Positions 16,302 to 31,200 of a DNA stretch of 64,000 bases are shown here, in pieces; within the stretch, counting starts at the first letter, position 1; every line of letters begins with the position of its first letter. Below the pieces are notes generated by a model, which saw only the letters and a list, made by a program, of their open reading frames with translations, was not told where the DNA came from and did not search any database. This DNA is from the human T2T-CHM13v2.0 reference genome, Homo sapiens. The stretch is from assembly GCF_009914755.1 (NCBI RefSeq), contig NC_060938.1. The stretch is one strand, 5' to 3'. The translations under genes were made by a program, and so were the position numbers.

Positions 16302-17603
16302 TGGCCAATGATTACACTCGTCACTCATTGCTTCATTTGCTGTTTCACTCATTCATTACTCTACCAAATGTGTTTAGGGCCTGGTATTGGAGAGCACAGT
16401 GCTAGGTCCTGGAAATACAAAGTTGTAGAAGCCATTGTCCCTGCCTGAAAGCATCATTGTTAATTACATGGACCCTGTGAAGTTAATATTTTGACCATAG
16501 ATGAAGGTTTCCTGTGCAAATACTTCTCAAAGGAACTAGCTTCCCTTTGCAACCCAGTAAAAACTGAACTATGAAGACCACTTTGAAACCACGTGCAATG
16601 TTTTACACCAAATAATGTAGCTTTCCACCACTAATACCTCTCGACTTAACGTTTTCCTTCTTCTTTCAACATTTCCCCTTTCTTTCTCTGATTTACACTT
16701 CATGGGTGGTTCTTGGTGGTATTTTCCCTTGCTCTAGATTTTACTGGAAGCTATTTCAAATGCTTCTTGAAAGAAGCTGAAGCATAAATAACAGAAAAAC
16801 AGATTGCTTTATTTTTCCCCACTTAAATTTTATCTACCTTTGAAACTTCATATTGATAGACCCAGACAATTTTTCACTTAAATTAATTTTAAAAGGTCAC
16901 AATTGTATTGGTACAGTATTAAAAATAGAAACTTCCATTTATGATTAAGAAGTCAATGATACACACACCAAACTATAAACAGTGTACATAGAGTGACGGG
17001 GGAAGGAGGGACATCCACTGTGGGCACTCACTTTCCATATTATATAATCTTCAAAATTTACAAGCAATTTTACTTATGTATGCAGAAAAAAAGACACATT
17101 TAAAAGAAGTAAAATAAAGAGAAGACATCCCAGTTTATCTTTGTTTTCCCATGTCACATGGTGGTCGAATATACATGTGGATTTAAGATATATAGGGTGG
17201 TAATTTGATTATTGAGTCATATGTGACCCAGCTGAATGAATGTAATAACAGACAGATGATGGTTTATGTCGTTGATATGAACTGATTTCCCTCGTTCCAT
17301 ATTTTAACAGCCCGTCATTTCCAGAATTGGCTTACGCCCTGAAAATATCCTCCACAGGGATGCAGTTTTGAGCCTAGGACATTCATTAACAGCTGGAAGA
17401 CAGTTGGTGCCTCCAAATGATGAGGGCCAGCGGAAGCTGTGAGGATGGGCACCTGCCCTGGAGCCAAGCCTATGCTTCCCCGAGCTAGCAAACACCTTGC
17501 TCTGGCTCTCCCCTAAGCTCTTTTACATATTAAATTTTAGAAGCAACTCTAAAAAATGACAATTCAGTTGAAACAGTCTTCATATGTAGAGGCCACATTG
17601 TAA

Positions 17604-18240
<637 letters not shown>

Positions 18241-20549
18241 CCCGTAAGACTTCTTAATGTTTAATATGAGCCTGAGTTAGAGCATGGAACATGGGGAAGG
18301 GTACAGCATGGAGAGCATTATTTTCAAATTCCTAGGCCACTCTTGTCAGAACAATTACACAGACTAATAAAGCAACGTCTCTCTATTGCAGAATAAAATA
18401 AAGTCTCCATAAAATATAAAATTAACGTAAAGTATGTGAATAATGAAATATTGGGGTTCCATGTTTATTTTCTGATGGCATAAAAAATTTGAGCTGTTTG
18501 TAACATTAAACCCCAAAGACCTAATCAAATAGATATCTGAGTAACTCAGACATTGTAAGTAATTTCAGCACTGTAGCACTGTATTTGCCAGAAGATATAG
18601 TCAATACTTGCACCACGCTGAGATATCATTTAGTCTATAACTTAAACAAGCATTGATAAAGTTTTTTACAGAAGATGCTATCAGCAAAATAAACAGAAGA
18701 CTTTGTATTACTTCAAAGCTTATTTATAATGTGTTTAGAAAAAATTCAATGGAAACAGGAAAATAATGTCTTGATTTTCTAAACTTTACAACATCTGCTT
18801 TTACTTACTTTTCAACATTGTAAAGTTCTCTGGATTTTAAGTGAATTACTTTGCTTTCTCTTTGTCTATCCCTTTACTTGACTACCTTCACACTAGATTA
18901 TACACGCGGACACAACCTATGACTACATGAAAATCCGTATGTTATGTATAACAATTGAATTTTAGAACACGTGACATAGAACATGGAAAGACACCTCAAA
19001 AGAAAGGTAAGGTAGATAAGGAGCAGACCCCTCTATAAAAATACTCAAAACATTGTATCATTCTATTTCATACTACCCTACACTGGGTAATTTACATGTC
19101 ATTAGCAATCTTAGATGGGTAGTTGTAAAAATATTTCCTAAAGAAAAAGACTTTTACATATGTGTGTATACATGAGTATGTTTGCGTGCTTTGTCGAAAT
19201 TCACATGAGAATATTAATATAATGGTCAGTAAATCCCTATAATATACAGTTTTTGGTTAAGGTTTTAACCAAAAACAAAATAAAACAAAAGGCACTAAAA
19301 TCTGCTGGTAACAATATCCTTAATGTTAATCCACTCTGTGGGGCTTTTGCTTTCCTTCTTTCCAAATCAAAAGGACTTAAATCTATAGACATTTTAAAAA
19401 TTTTTTTAAAATTTTTAAACGAAAGACATTTCTCTATGCTCAGTGAGAGTTACATTTCCTAATTTCTTAAAATTTGAGATTTAAGTTAATTTTACATAAA
19501 CTAGAGACAGTGGATTTAAAAAAAGAAAGATGACATATTGCTCGTCATTCAAACACAATTTTATCCAGGACTTTCTTGAAAATCTTGTTGAGATGCTTTA
19601 AACATTTGTTGGTGGCTTCTTATGAAGCTGGTTTAAAGCCTGTGGTTATTTGTGGTTAATACACAAGAGGAAAAAAAGAAAAATATAGAGAAAATGGCCT
19701 TTAAGGCACACACTCCTGAGGTTTCACTGCTGGGTTAGCTGACATTCTTTCCTTCACTTCCCTAGTTGAGCTGACCTCAAAGTTCTTGGTGTCCAAGACT
19801 TCCAAAAGAATGCAAACCACATTATCTTCCCCACAGGGGAAAACAGAAAAAAACTTGGATGATACGTCAGGATAAGGAATAGGTCCACCACATGGTGGAC
19901 CTATTTAAGAAGGAAGGAGAGTTCCACTGCAATCACACCGAAAATCAAGGTTTTGTGGACATGGATTTGTCCACATAAAAAAGAAGAGTGGTTTTGCCAT
20001 TCAGTCAAAGGCCCTTAATAAGCAGTTAAAAAAAGAGCAAGTTGGGAGCCATTATTCTTAGTTTCTGCCACACACCTGTGAAATCAGATGCAAGACAGAA
20101 TATAAAGATCCCTATCTCCAAAGGATTTGAAAAATGGAAAGATACTGGAAGGCAGTGGTATAAACGGGAAAAGAAACAAGGGCCTTCTCTCCATCATCAA
20201 ATGTTGGCAACACTGCCTTTATGGTTGCTTTGATTATGCGTTATGTTCATAAAGTTTTAGCTAAGGATAATTTGTTGCTTTGGCTTTCCATTATTTTCCT
20301 TTTTTTTTTTTCTCTTTGCATGTTTTAAAATGGTTTGCATTCGAGAATCAATTTAACCACAACAGAACAGACTATGGTTTGGGATTTGTATGACTTCACT
20401 TGAGGTAAAAGTAAGCTAGAAATCAGTTCTAGGAAAGAAAGGAAAACCCCAGGCTCACAAGCATTTCTCTTTTCCTTAAAAAACTTTTTAAAGATGTTTT
20501 CATCTAATAGTTTCTTTAAATCATCACTTCAAAATGTAAATGTTTTAAA

Positions 20550-21260
20550 TGTCAGTGCTCCACTGAGGGCCCCATCATAGGCCCTCTGTTGTTTTCATTC
20601 TATATACTTGCAGAACTTTAATTCACATCCACGTACAACTGGTCACCCTCACATTTTTGTCGTCAGCCCAGATCTGTGGACCTTTGGACCCACTTTTCTA
20701 ACTGCCTAGTGAAGAACAGCCTACCTGGTATCCCACACACCCTCCAATGCATCATGTTCAGAACTGAACTCATTTCCTTCTTCCCTACCTCTCACCCCCA
20801 CCCCCAAGGTTTTCCCTAATGCTCCTTGTCTTTGGTGTCTACCCATGTAGCTCAAATCACTAATCCAGGGATTTCTTTGACTCCTCTGTCTCATTTTATA
20901 AATAACCAAGTTCTGTCAATCTGCCTCCTCATTATCACTTTAACCTTGCTCCTATCCAATCCATGTTTCCTCCACACAACCCTTGGAGTTACCGGAGTGA
21001 TCATCATAAAACACAAATCTGAACATGATGCTCCAGGTTAAAACTCTTCAGTAATTTCTCATTATCTTTATAATCCAGTCTAAATACCTTAACATGCCCT
21101 GAAAGACTCTTACTATCTAGCCTGTGCCTCCTGCTCAGACCAAAGATTTCGCTTGCTCTTCCAGTCACACTGAGCATCTTTCAGTTCCTGGAACCTGACA
21201 AACATTCAGTTGGAACATGCCATTATCACTGCCTATCCCCAATCCAAATGTCACTTTCTT
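20550..21260 (+). mobile_element. L2 LINE fragment
   Basis: Pyrimidine-rich L2 3'-region phrases ('aaaacacaaatctgaacatg...ttaaaactcttca', 'caaatgtcactttc'); L2 end 'aatgaatgaat' near 22130. Confidence 0.65.
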
Positions 21261-21262
21261 AG

Positions 21263-21617
21263 TGCCATGGTCTGAAGGTTTGTGTCCCCGCCAAATTCAC
21301 AGGCTGAAACCTAATCACTAAGGTAATGTGTTAGGATGTGGGGCTTGTGGTAGGGGATTAGCTCACAAGGGTGGAGCCTCATGAATGGAAAGAGTGCCCT
21401 TATAGAAGAGGCCCCAGGGAGTTGTTTTGCCCCTTCTACCCTATGAAGACCCAGCTAGAAGCTGCCATCTATTAGCCAGAAAGAAGGTCCATACCAGACA
21501 CCAAAACTGTCAGTGATCTTGGACTTCCCAGCGTACAGAACTGAGAAGTACCTTTCTATTGTTTATAAACTACCCAGTTTATGGTATTTTGTTACAGCAG
21601 CCCAAACAGACTAAACT
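21263..21617 (+). mobile_element. MaLR LTR, MLT1A/MST-like, inserted in L2
   Basis: 'tgccatggtctgaa.gtttgtgtcccc.ccaaattca...tatggtattttgttacagcagcccaaacagactaa'. Confidence 0.85.
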
Positions 21618-21777
21618 CGAGATATCTTTCTTTACTCTAAGTAAGATCAAGGCCCTGGCAATGCTCAAAGAAACCCTAACTTCTACTGTAGCATTCATCA
21701 TATACTGTTGTAATTGTGCTCAGTGTCCCTGAGGGCACAGACTACTTTTGTCTTATTAACCACTCACGGCCAAGAGC

Positions 21778-22080
<303 letters not shown>

Positions 22081-23457
22081 CTACTACTTAGTACTTGGTA
22101 GGTATTTAATGAATACTAATTGAACAAATGAATGAATTTATTTGTATATGTCTTCTTTCACTAGGATGATAGGGCACATGATCAGCTGTATACTTATAAG
22201 TGACTGGCTCATTCAACACAGAGGCAATATGAGATTCCAGATAGAATTAAGATTCAGCATGCTCCATAATCAAGATATCTCATAGAATTTATGCCATCAT
22301 TTGCCCTAAATTCTTCCCAGATAACAGGACGGTGGCAGGGTCAACTTCCAGGCCCAAATATACAATTGTCTTTGGCTAATCCAAAAGTTGTAGGTAGAAT
22401 GAATAAATAAATTGTTAAATGGTTATCGACTACCTCTATCTATTCTCCTTAATCCTGTCACCTAGTTTGGAGAGAGGCAGGGGGATAGTCAAGATGCTAT
22501 TAATCTGGAGAAATATTCTACCCATCCCCTGAATCTAATTTTAAGGGTAGTTACTACCAATGACATTATAAGACCCTGATCATGATCCCTGTAAAGTGTT
22601 TTTGTGAACTCTTCTCAACTTTATTTGGGAACGTGAGAAAAGCCGTAGGTTAATACAGGCATTACAATGTTACCTAAGTTAGAACACTTTTTAAATGGCC
22701 TAATCATCTCTAACACTTGGGTACATCTCCCCTAATGTTAGATGTAATATCAGATGTAACCTCTTGAGAGAGTTGTAATTGAGAAGATGTGTTGTTAGTG
22801 ACACGTCACGGAAAATGACTCAACTGTGGCAAAGGTGAGTCTCAAGACATGATGCAAACAAAAGGCATGCCACCTACAGTGGCCTCACCTCATGACCAGC
22901 ACTCAATACACTTACAGTGATTTGCTTCTTGTTTCTGTCTATCAGAATGTGGTTGTCTCCAAATGGTCCCTGTCTCCCAAGACTGTTGTATCAAACAGGA
23001 ATTTCTGATTGGTTAATTTATAACTAAGGCCCACAAACAAAGAGGGAAATACTACATTATTAAGCCCAAAACCATTATTGGCTTAACAGTTTTGTTGCTT
23101 TATATTGCTTAGAGTGATAAGATATAGTAACAATTAGGAATTAAAATATTTGGATATTCTCTTTTATTGTGCACTTCAACTACCGAAGCTTCAAATCCTA
23201 GCATAGGAATTATACAGTAAGATGCTGCAATAAAGACAAAACTATGGAAAGAATTAAATCAACTCTGAATAAACATAAAAAGGCTCAGCGAGAATTGTTA
23301 TATTCAATTACCACACCAGAATCTCTTCAGTACCTAAGTTGTCTTAGTAACAAGCTAGGAAACTATAATAAATGTAGCAAATCTTCCACATTGATAGAAA
23401 ACTGTATAACCATATATAATAGTGATCACCTATAGAAGTACCCTTTCCAAAGATAGT

Positions 23458-23880
23458 GGTAAAAAAAGAAAATGTGGTACACACACACCATGGAGTACTA
23501 TACAGTCACAAAAAAGGAATGAAATCATGTCCTTTGCAGCAACATGGATGGGGTTAGAGGTCACAATCCTAAGCAAATTAACACAGGAACAGAAAACCAA
23601 ATGCAGCATGTTCTCATTTATAAGTGGGAGCTAAACATTGAGCACACATAGACATAAATATAGGAACAACAGACACTCTGGACTACTAGAGGGTAGGGGG
23701 AATGGGTTTAAGAAAAAACTACCCATAAGGTACTGTGTTCAGTACCTGGGTGACAGGATGACAGGATCCATACTCCAAACCTCAGTATCATGCAATATTC
23801 CCATGTAACAAATCTGCATCTCTAAACATATATACTCTGTATCTAAAATCAAAGTTGAAATTTTTTAAAAACCTAAAAAA
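23458..23880 (+). mobile_element. L1 3' end (L1PB/L1MA-like)
   Basis: 'aagaaaatgtggtaca...aatgaaatcatgtcctttgcagcaacatggatg...catgttctca.ttataagtgggagctaa' covers the ORF2 C-terminus and 3' UTR. Confidence 0.9.
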
Positions 23881-25109
23881 GAACATTAAGCATTAGGCAC
23901 TATACAAATCATTTTTAAAAAGAGAGAGTGGGCTTTACAGGGACACCATCTATTTCTCCTTTTGTCTTCCTAAACCTTTAGTCCTCAGAAATGAAAGGGG
24001 AGTGATAATACCTGATGGTTATGAAGAATGAATTAACTAGAATATATAAATGTCCTAGCACACAGTGGAGTGCCTAGCCCATAGCAAATATTCAAAAAAT
24101 GTTAGTTCCTTTCCTTCTTCCTTTTCCCCACCCATCCTGAAGTACCTATTTTCCCATGTGGAAATCAGATGGCCACTGGACAAAAGAGAAATCATTCAGA
24201 TCTAATATTAGCAGATCCCTTTCTGTAGGCTCCTCTTCACAGTAGTTTGGCCTATTATTTTTCCAATGGAAATTAGGATTTTTTTAAAGTGTTTCTTCAG
24301 TAATACTAAAGAAGGATATTTTGAACTTTGCTTTCAACACTGCTATAACTCAGTAAAGCAAACTAAGTAAACCTAATTTTTGCAGTAGATATTTCTACAA
24401 CTACCACATCTCTATCTGAACACAGCATTAGTATTATTGTCTAAAGTTCATTCCACATTCACACACCAGGAAACGCTCAACTGTAACTGTCTCATCAATT
24501 TCAAGTTTAAATCTATCCTAACTGACTTAATAAATCAAATTGTTCACAGCTGAGAGGCAGGAGTTTTGTGTGCTCTGGTTTATGCTGAATGTAAGCTCTG
24601 AGAATAAAAGAGGTATAATAGGATGAGAATCAATTATTTCTATCCACCCAGTTAAGTGAATTCACCAATTGCTTTTTCATTAAGTGAATTCACCAAATGC
24701 TTTTTCAGTCAACAAGCATTAAGAGCCTATTATTTTCCAGGTATTGATACACTATTCTAGGGTATGTAGTTGCAGCTATATACTTCTAGGGTTGATTTAC
24801 AATGCAGTATCTGAACATGTTCATAGTTTTATCTAATAATTATTACTCACCATGATTCTTCTCTTTAACAACAATAACAATAACACACGTTCAGTGACTA
24901 CAATAATGCCAAACACAGTGCCAACTGTTTTATCACATTTACTCTTCATAACATTTATATACGGCAAGGATTATAATCACCATTTTACCAGATGAGGAGA
25001 AAAGATGCGGAAAGGATATTTAGCTTGCCCAAGGCCACCCAGTCAATAACCACGAAAGCTGAAATTTAAATAAAGTCTGTCTAAAGTGTCTAAAGTACTG
25101 TCTCTAAAC

Positions 25110-25281
25110 CAGTGCTACTCAAAGTCTGGTCTCCATAGACTGGAAGCATCAGCAGCACCTGGGAGCTTGCTAGAAATGCAGAACCTGCTGAATCACAGTT
25201 TTAGGGAGCGGGACCCAGCCATCTATGTTTAACCAAGCCCTCCATGTGACTCTTACGCATGCTGAAGATTGATAAGCACTA
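25110..25281. mobile_element. MER5A hAT-Charlie MITE with 8-bp TSD
   Basis: 'cagtgctactcaaagt...cacctgggagcttg.tagaaatgcaga'; TSD ctctaaac at 25102-25109 and 25282-25289. Confidence 0.88.
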
Positions 25282-25460
25282 CTCTAAACCACTACACTAT
25301 ACATACTACTCGGTCTCCCTAATTCATAACTTACTAATGGTGTTAAGTCAGATTATTGCTCACTTGCATTTAATAAATGCATTTAGCCATCATCACCGTT
25401 GACTTTTTGGTTGAATTCTATGGTTAGTTAAAATTCAACTCTGTGCCATATCCTTTAAGC

Positions 25461-25590
25461 ATGGTGACTATTCATCCTAATCTTCCTGGACGGTCCCATT
25501 AAGCCTGCTGTCACGATGTAATTATTAACACTGGTCTCTTTCACTCTCAGAAGTGCCACAGCTTGAACCATTAATCCTGTGGTGGTCCCA
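25461..25590. mobile_element. MER94-like hAT element
   Basis: 'ggtgacta..catcct....cctggacggtcc...gcctgctgtc...taattatt...ctttcactctca.aagtg'. A similar copy lies at ~49300-49432. Confidence 0.5.
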
Positions 25591-25794
25591 GCTAAAAGGC
25601 ACTATTATAAGGGCAGTCCCTCCCCCCACCTTATGTCCTACCATGCACCCTCACCTCTATGCTCTAGCTACAATAATGGCCTTCTCTCGGTTCCTTAAAA
25701 ATCTCAAACTCGCTTGTGATATAAGGTTTTAGCATTTCTGTTCCCTCTTGTTAGGAGGCTCTTCCTCTAGATCTCAGATGATATACTCCTCCTT

Positions 25795-26604
25795 AATGGT
25801 ACCTGATGATGAACTGGTGGTAGGGGCAGTCGGCCCTGCTTATAGGCAATTTTGAGATGTACTGTTGGTAGAGAACTGTAAAACAGTGACAAAACCAACT
25901 TGAAGTCAGTTCAGTCTACTTTTTATTTTTCACTCTGCACCAGCAATTTTAAATAATGTTAGTGATAAAATGTTATTTCTACCAAAATATGTTGTTTCTA
26001 ACAAAACATGTTTTTCTACCAAAATATGTTGTTATTTGTCCTTCCATAAACATTATATTCTACATGAAAGCTAATTTGGAGAACTCTAGTTATATAGTCG
26101 GTCCCCAACAGACACAGTCATAAATACTTGAATGCATTTCAAGAGTAAGTTCCTAATCGATTCAGAATAGTTACAAGTCACTTTGGGTACAGTTTGTGTC
26201 TCCAACTCCTTAGTTGCTATAGACTACATAAAAAACAGATTTAAAATTCCTACACAAACAATAGATTCAAGATTGTGTAGTACTGGCATAAGGACAGTCA
26301 TATAGGTCAGGATAGAATTGAGAGTCCAGAAACAAACCCCAACTTAAAAGTGCTAATCTATTCCTTTTTCCTTTATTGTACCATAATGTTTATTTTATTT
26401 TTACCTTTTACATCAGTTTTGTAACTGGCATGATAATACACATGAGGTTCAATAAATTCTTTTTTCATTGTCTGGTTTTTTTTAACTGGGCTTTATTATC
26501 ATTCTTCTTCTTGCATGATTATTACTAAAAATAATTGTGTCTGAAGTGGAGAGGGGTGTTAACAATTATTTATCCTATGTGTCAAAATACAAGAAATGCC
26601 ACTG
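25795..26604 (+). mobile_element. MER97-like hAT-Tip100 DNA transposon
   Basis: 'gtagagaactgtaaaacagtgacaaaaccaact..aagtcag...tttttatt..cac..tgcaccagcaatt.taaataatgttagtgataaaat' and terminus 'gccactg'. Confidence 0.6.
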
Positions 26605-27280
26605 TTGCTCCTTATTATTTAGATTTTTGCTCAAATAGTGGCATCTCAGAGACGCCTCCCCTAACCACTCTATTTAAAACAGACAACACGCCACGCTCGT
26701 TGGATGACATCAGTTTTTGCCCCATTCCCCAGCCTTATTTTCTCCAACTCTATGATTATCTGATGTTAGATTATTTATTTATTGCTGTTAATTCATTAAA
26801 GAGTTCTCTGTCTTGCTCACCCCTGTATCCTCAATGTACGGTAAACATTCTATCAATATTTAGTGAACAAACCCTAAAAACTATATATATTGGTTCAATT
26901 TATTCACATAAAAGTTTATATAATTTTATCTTTGTGCATAATTTCTGTTTTTCTCATCAGTGAGATGAACACATTGATTCTCAATCCTCTCAGCAGAGTA
27001 TTTCCTGTATGGACATTGTATTCTGCTAGAAACTTCAAAGATGTCAGAATAATCAAAATCTCTTTGTCTAGGAGTTTGAAATTCAAAAAATTATGTATGA
27101 CATTTTATACCTTTGCATTATCTTCAATGAGCATTATGAGCTGTAATTCACTCGACTGAAGTGTAGATTATCCCAGAATTAATTATTCCAGTCTAGTGAT
27201 AAAAACCAGCCTCATTTATTGAACCTAAATATTGCTGGACTTTGTTAAGTAGACTTCAAAACACTTACTTCTGAAAACTT

Positions 27281-27648
<368 letters not shown>

Positions 27649-28009
27649 TTAAAATAATAATTGTATTTTTAAAACAAAGTAGAACTCTGTTATAATATGG
27701 TTCAATATTACAACTGTTTGGCTAGGCCACAGGTCAAATCCCATTCCCTCCACAGTATGACAATCACACATGGTATAAACTTGACCATACTGCTAGCCTT
27801 CAACTCCTTTGTTAGTCATGTGCTAGGATATGAGAGTTAAGGTAAAAGGATATTACTATGTGTATAGATATGTTTGTGTAATAGTCATGTTAGGCTTCTC
27901 AACATAATGAAATATTCTTTGGAACATTGTTCCAAAGAGTCTTCTGAATAATAAATGCAGTAAATTTAGGTGTTTGTATAAGGATCCTCAACTACTTAAC
28001 CAAACTAAA

Positions 28010-28255
28010 GGCTGGATTGTAGAGCCTTGAATCTGCAGATAGAATGCCCATATTCACATCTCCAATGTACCACTCACTAGCTGCATGACACTGGCCAAGT
28101 TACTTATCCTCTCGATACCTCCATTTTATTGCCTTTACAATGCAGATAATAATAGTACCCACATCAAGAGATGGTGATAATTGAATGAGTTAATCCATGT
28201 GGAGTACTTAGAACAGAGCTTGTTACACGGAACACTACCAAAAAGTGCCAGCCAT
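28010..28255 (+). mobile_element. MIR SINE
   Basis: 'ccactcactagctg..tgac..tggccaagttacttatcctctc...aatg..gataataatagtacc'. Confidence 0.75.
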
Positions 28256-31200
28256 TGTTTTTGAGTTGAAAGGGAAAGCCACTTAAAATTAGTCTTAGTT
28301 ATCATAATACATCAATTAAAAATAAAAGGATACAATCTCATACATTTTAATGTAAAATTAGTAGGAAGACTTTATTTCAGCTTCAAGCTTTCCATGTATA
28401 ATTATATTTTATTCACACAAAGAAATGACTTTGTGAGGGTAAAATTTGTGCAGAAGCCTAATAGATGCAAGATTGTTTTCTTATACTGTTGTAACCTAGG
28501 AGAAAAAAGAGTCCATGGCCCTCCTGCTAAGTTTAGACTAGACGCTTTTCGTGAACAGTCACATCTTTCTTCATTAAACTGTTTTTTAATGGCCCTTTTG
28601 ATGACTGCCAGTTTCCTCCACAATAAAAGAAGTTCTGACCTGTGAATTCATTTTTTCAATCCAGTAACAATTTTGAATACATTAACTAAGCATCATGGAC
28701 CAAATAAGGAGCCAATTAGTCGTATTTTCCATCATCTGAATAAAATAAGAATAAATCAACTTTATCACTAAACTTAAAAGGTTGTCTTCCTTGGCAAAGA
28801 AGTCTATTTTGTTCTGCCAACTCAAGTTCCTTTTGGAGAGTAAGAAAGTTGGGTTATCTGTGACCTGAAACCAACTGGGTTTCATTTTCCTTTTCCCTTT
28901 GGGAAGGCTAGTCAAGGGAGCTGGTACCATTCTGCAGTAGCACTACACCCAAGATTACTTTAAAAACTTCTTAGAGCACTAACTAAAAATTATAACCCCA
29001 CACAGTATTTATTTTCATAAGTAGATGCTATTTATTTTTCCTTCTTCATTTATTCTTTATTTTCCTTTCTCGCTCATCTAGATATTGGGATGATGTGACG
29101 AACGCATCTACTCACCAAGCTATCATCTTTGGTAAATAGACCTCACAGATAATCAACTTATCAGCTAGTTACAACAAGCCAGAAAAGAGACAACCATGAG
29201 TGAGTCTGTAATCTTAGTGCAAACACTCTCCAACCATGTTTGTTTTTTGTGAAAGTGCATCCTTTCCCCTCAAGCATTTAGTTTTTGGTAGAGGTCAGCT
29301 TAAAAATATTGCAAGAAACACACACACCAAACACATCACCATTGTGTGCCTCTTGAGTGAGTGGGTACATCAAGCCTAACAAGAAATAAGGTTCATCCTG
29401 CAGATGTTTATTGGAAAAGGACATCTAATCTTTGACATTTTCATGTGCACTTTTGTGGGAAGGTGGTTTCAAAGGAGAAAATGAAATACAACTTGTAACT
29501 TGAAATGTGTCACTATAGCTTGGGAGATTTTTATATCATAAAATTAAAAATAAAATTGGGATGCATTATGTATTTACAATCAAATGTTTAAATGTATATA
29601 CAGTATATTTTTCCTCTTAAAATTGTATCTTTAGAGTCAGATGGCCTTTCATTTTCCTAATTATTTGCTTACATTGTTGGTAATATATCATAATGCATAC
29701 AAGCTCTAAAAATATCCTGAACTGAAAATATTTCTACAGCTGTTGCTTTTATAGGATTCACTTTTAAAGAAAGTAGAGGAACAAGACACCTAATTATACA
29801 AAGTAAAGATAAGTAATAAGCAATTTTATGTTTAAAAGCTGCTAATTAATTGGGCAGCAATTAAAGAGACTACAAAAACCTCAGTTTTAATACTCACAGG
29901 TTTTTATTATGAATATTTGTTCTGGTGCATATTTTTCTGTCAGACTAAGTCTCCAAGTGTGGAATGGCCTCCTGCCACGTATCTAAAAATCGATTGTTCA
30001 AAAATCTTAATTATAAGAAAGTAAACAAAGAGTGGGTTGAAGCAGTGCAGAGTTCTAATGAATTAATGTAACAAAATTCAAGCAAAGTCAACTGTCTTTA
30101 AAGCCAGCAGGCTCAGCTCTGACAGTCATCCATCAAACTGAAGGTCTCCTTAATAAATGCCAATTACAGGGCATATATGCACAAACGTGGCTAGCATAAG
30201 CCATAGGATCATTTCCTTCTGAGAAAATTAGTAACCAAGAAAACACCCAGGCAGTGCAAACGACCGGCCCACCCGACAGTAAGGCTTGTCCCTGATCAGA
30301 ATACTAACCAGCATTATTTCTTTCTTACTCTCTCTCTCTCTCTTTTCAACTTAGGAAAAGTTCAGAACCACACAGAATTTTGTTTGGGGTTATACAAATT
30401 CCTTCACAATTTGTATAGAAGTCTAACATAACTTTTTAAAAGCCATGACATGCCCATAATGTATACAGAGTCTCTGACTTCCGCCGTAAGCGAGGCTTTT
30501 TCCTAACTTAATCATACTCAAATTTCACCCCTTTTAAAGATCCTGATTCAAAAATGTTCACTCATTCTCCACAGTCCACAAATTTATACCATCTCTTCCT
30601 GTGGTATTTTATGTGCATAAATTAAAAAAGAATGGCCTCCAGTGAGGATTAAAAGGTTGAAAAAAATCATAGACTTTCTAAATTTAGGTTCATTTTTCTT
30701 ATTTTAACTCTCAAAATATGTGTGTTAACAAAACATATATATATATATTTTCTACAGTCTTATGAAATAATCCTTTCACATTAACCTTCCTACCTAGGGG
30801 AAGTGCTGGAGCAACTCAGATAGGAAGTTACATCCTAAGTTTAAGACCATGTCACCGTGTAACCCAGCAAATATGAAAAATACATATAGGAGAACTCTTG
30901 AGAAATATCTAAAATATATTCCACTGGTATGTTATTAGCTCTTACTGTAGAACTCACACTACTATATGAATCCCAACTTTCAAAAACGTTTCTGCTGCCT
31001 TTTTTATTATCCACCTGGCCAGGCACTGAGCCCATCCCCAAACAGGTTTCTTGGAGCCATTTGATGACATCAGGGGAGGGGAGGAGACTTTCTTAGAGAG
31101 TAAGGCCACGGATCTTTTGTCACAAGGCAAAGGCTCAAATTTTATACCACAGCTCTACTTCTTCAATGGGAATAGGTGGGTTTTCAAAAAGAAGGGCTGT

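Noticed and set aside
25970-26032. Three ~19-bp tandem copies 'tttctaccaaaatatgttg'
   Set aside because: Local slippage inside a DNA transposon relic; there are no unique spacers, so it is not CRISPR-like.
29898-29982. Possible 85-nt minus-strand exon (atttttag ... CCT|gtgagt) open in one frame
   Set aside because: Short pyrimidine tract, weak exonic donor bases and an unrecognisable peptide; insufficient support.
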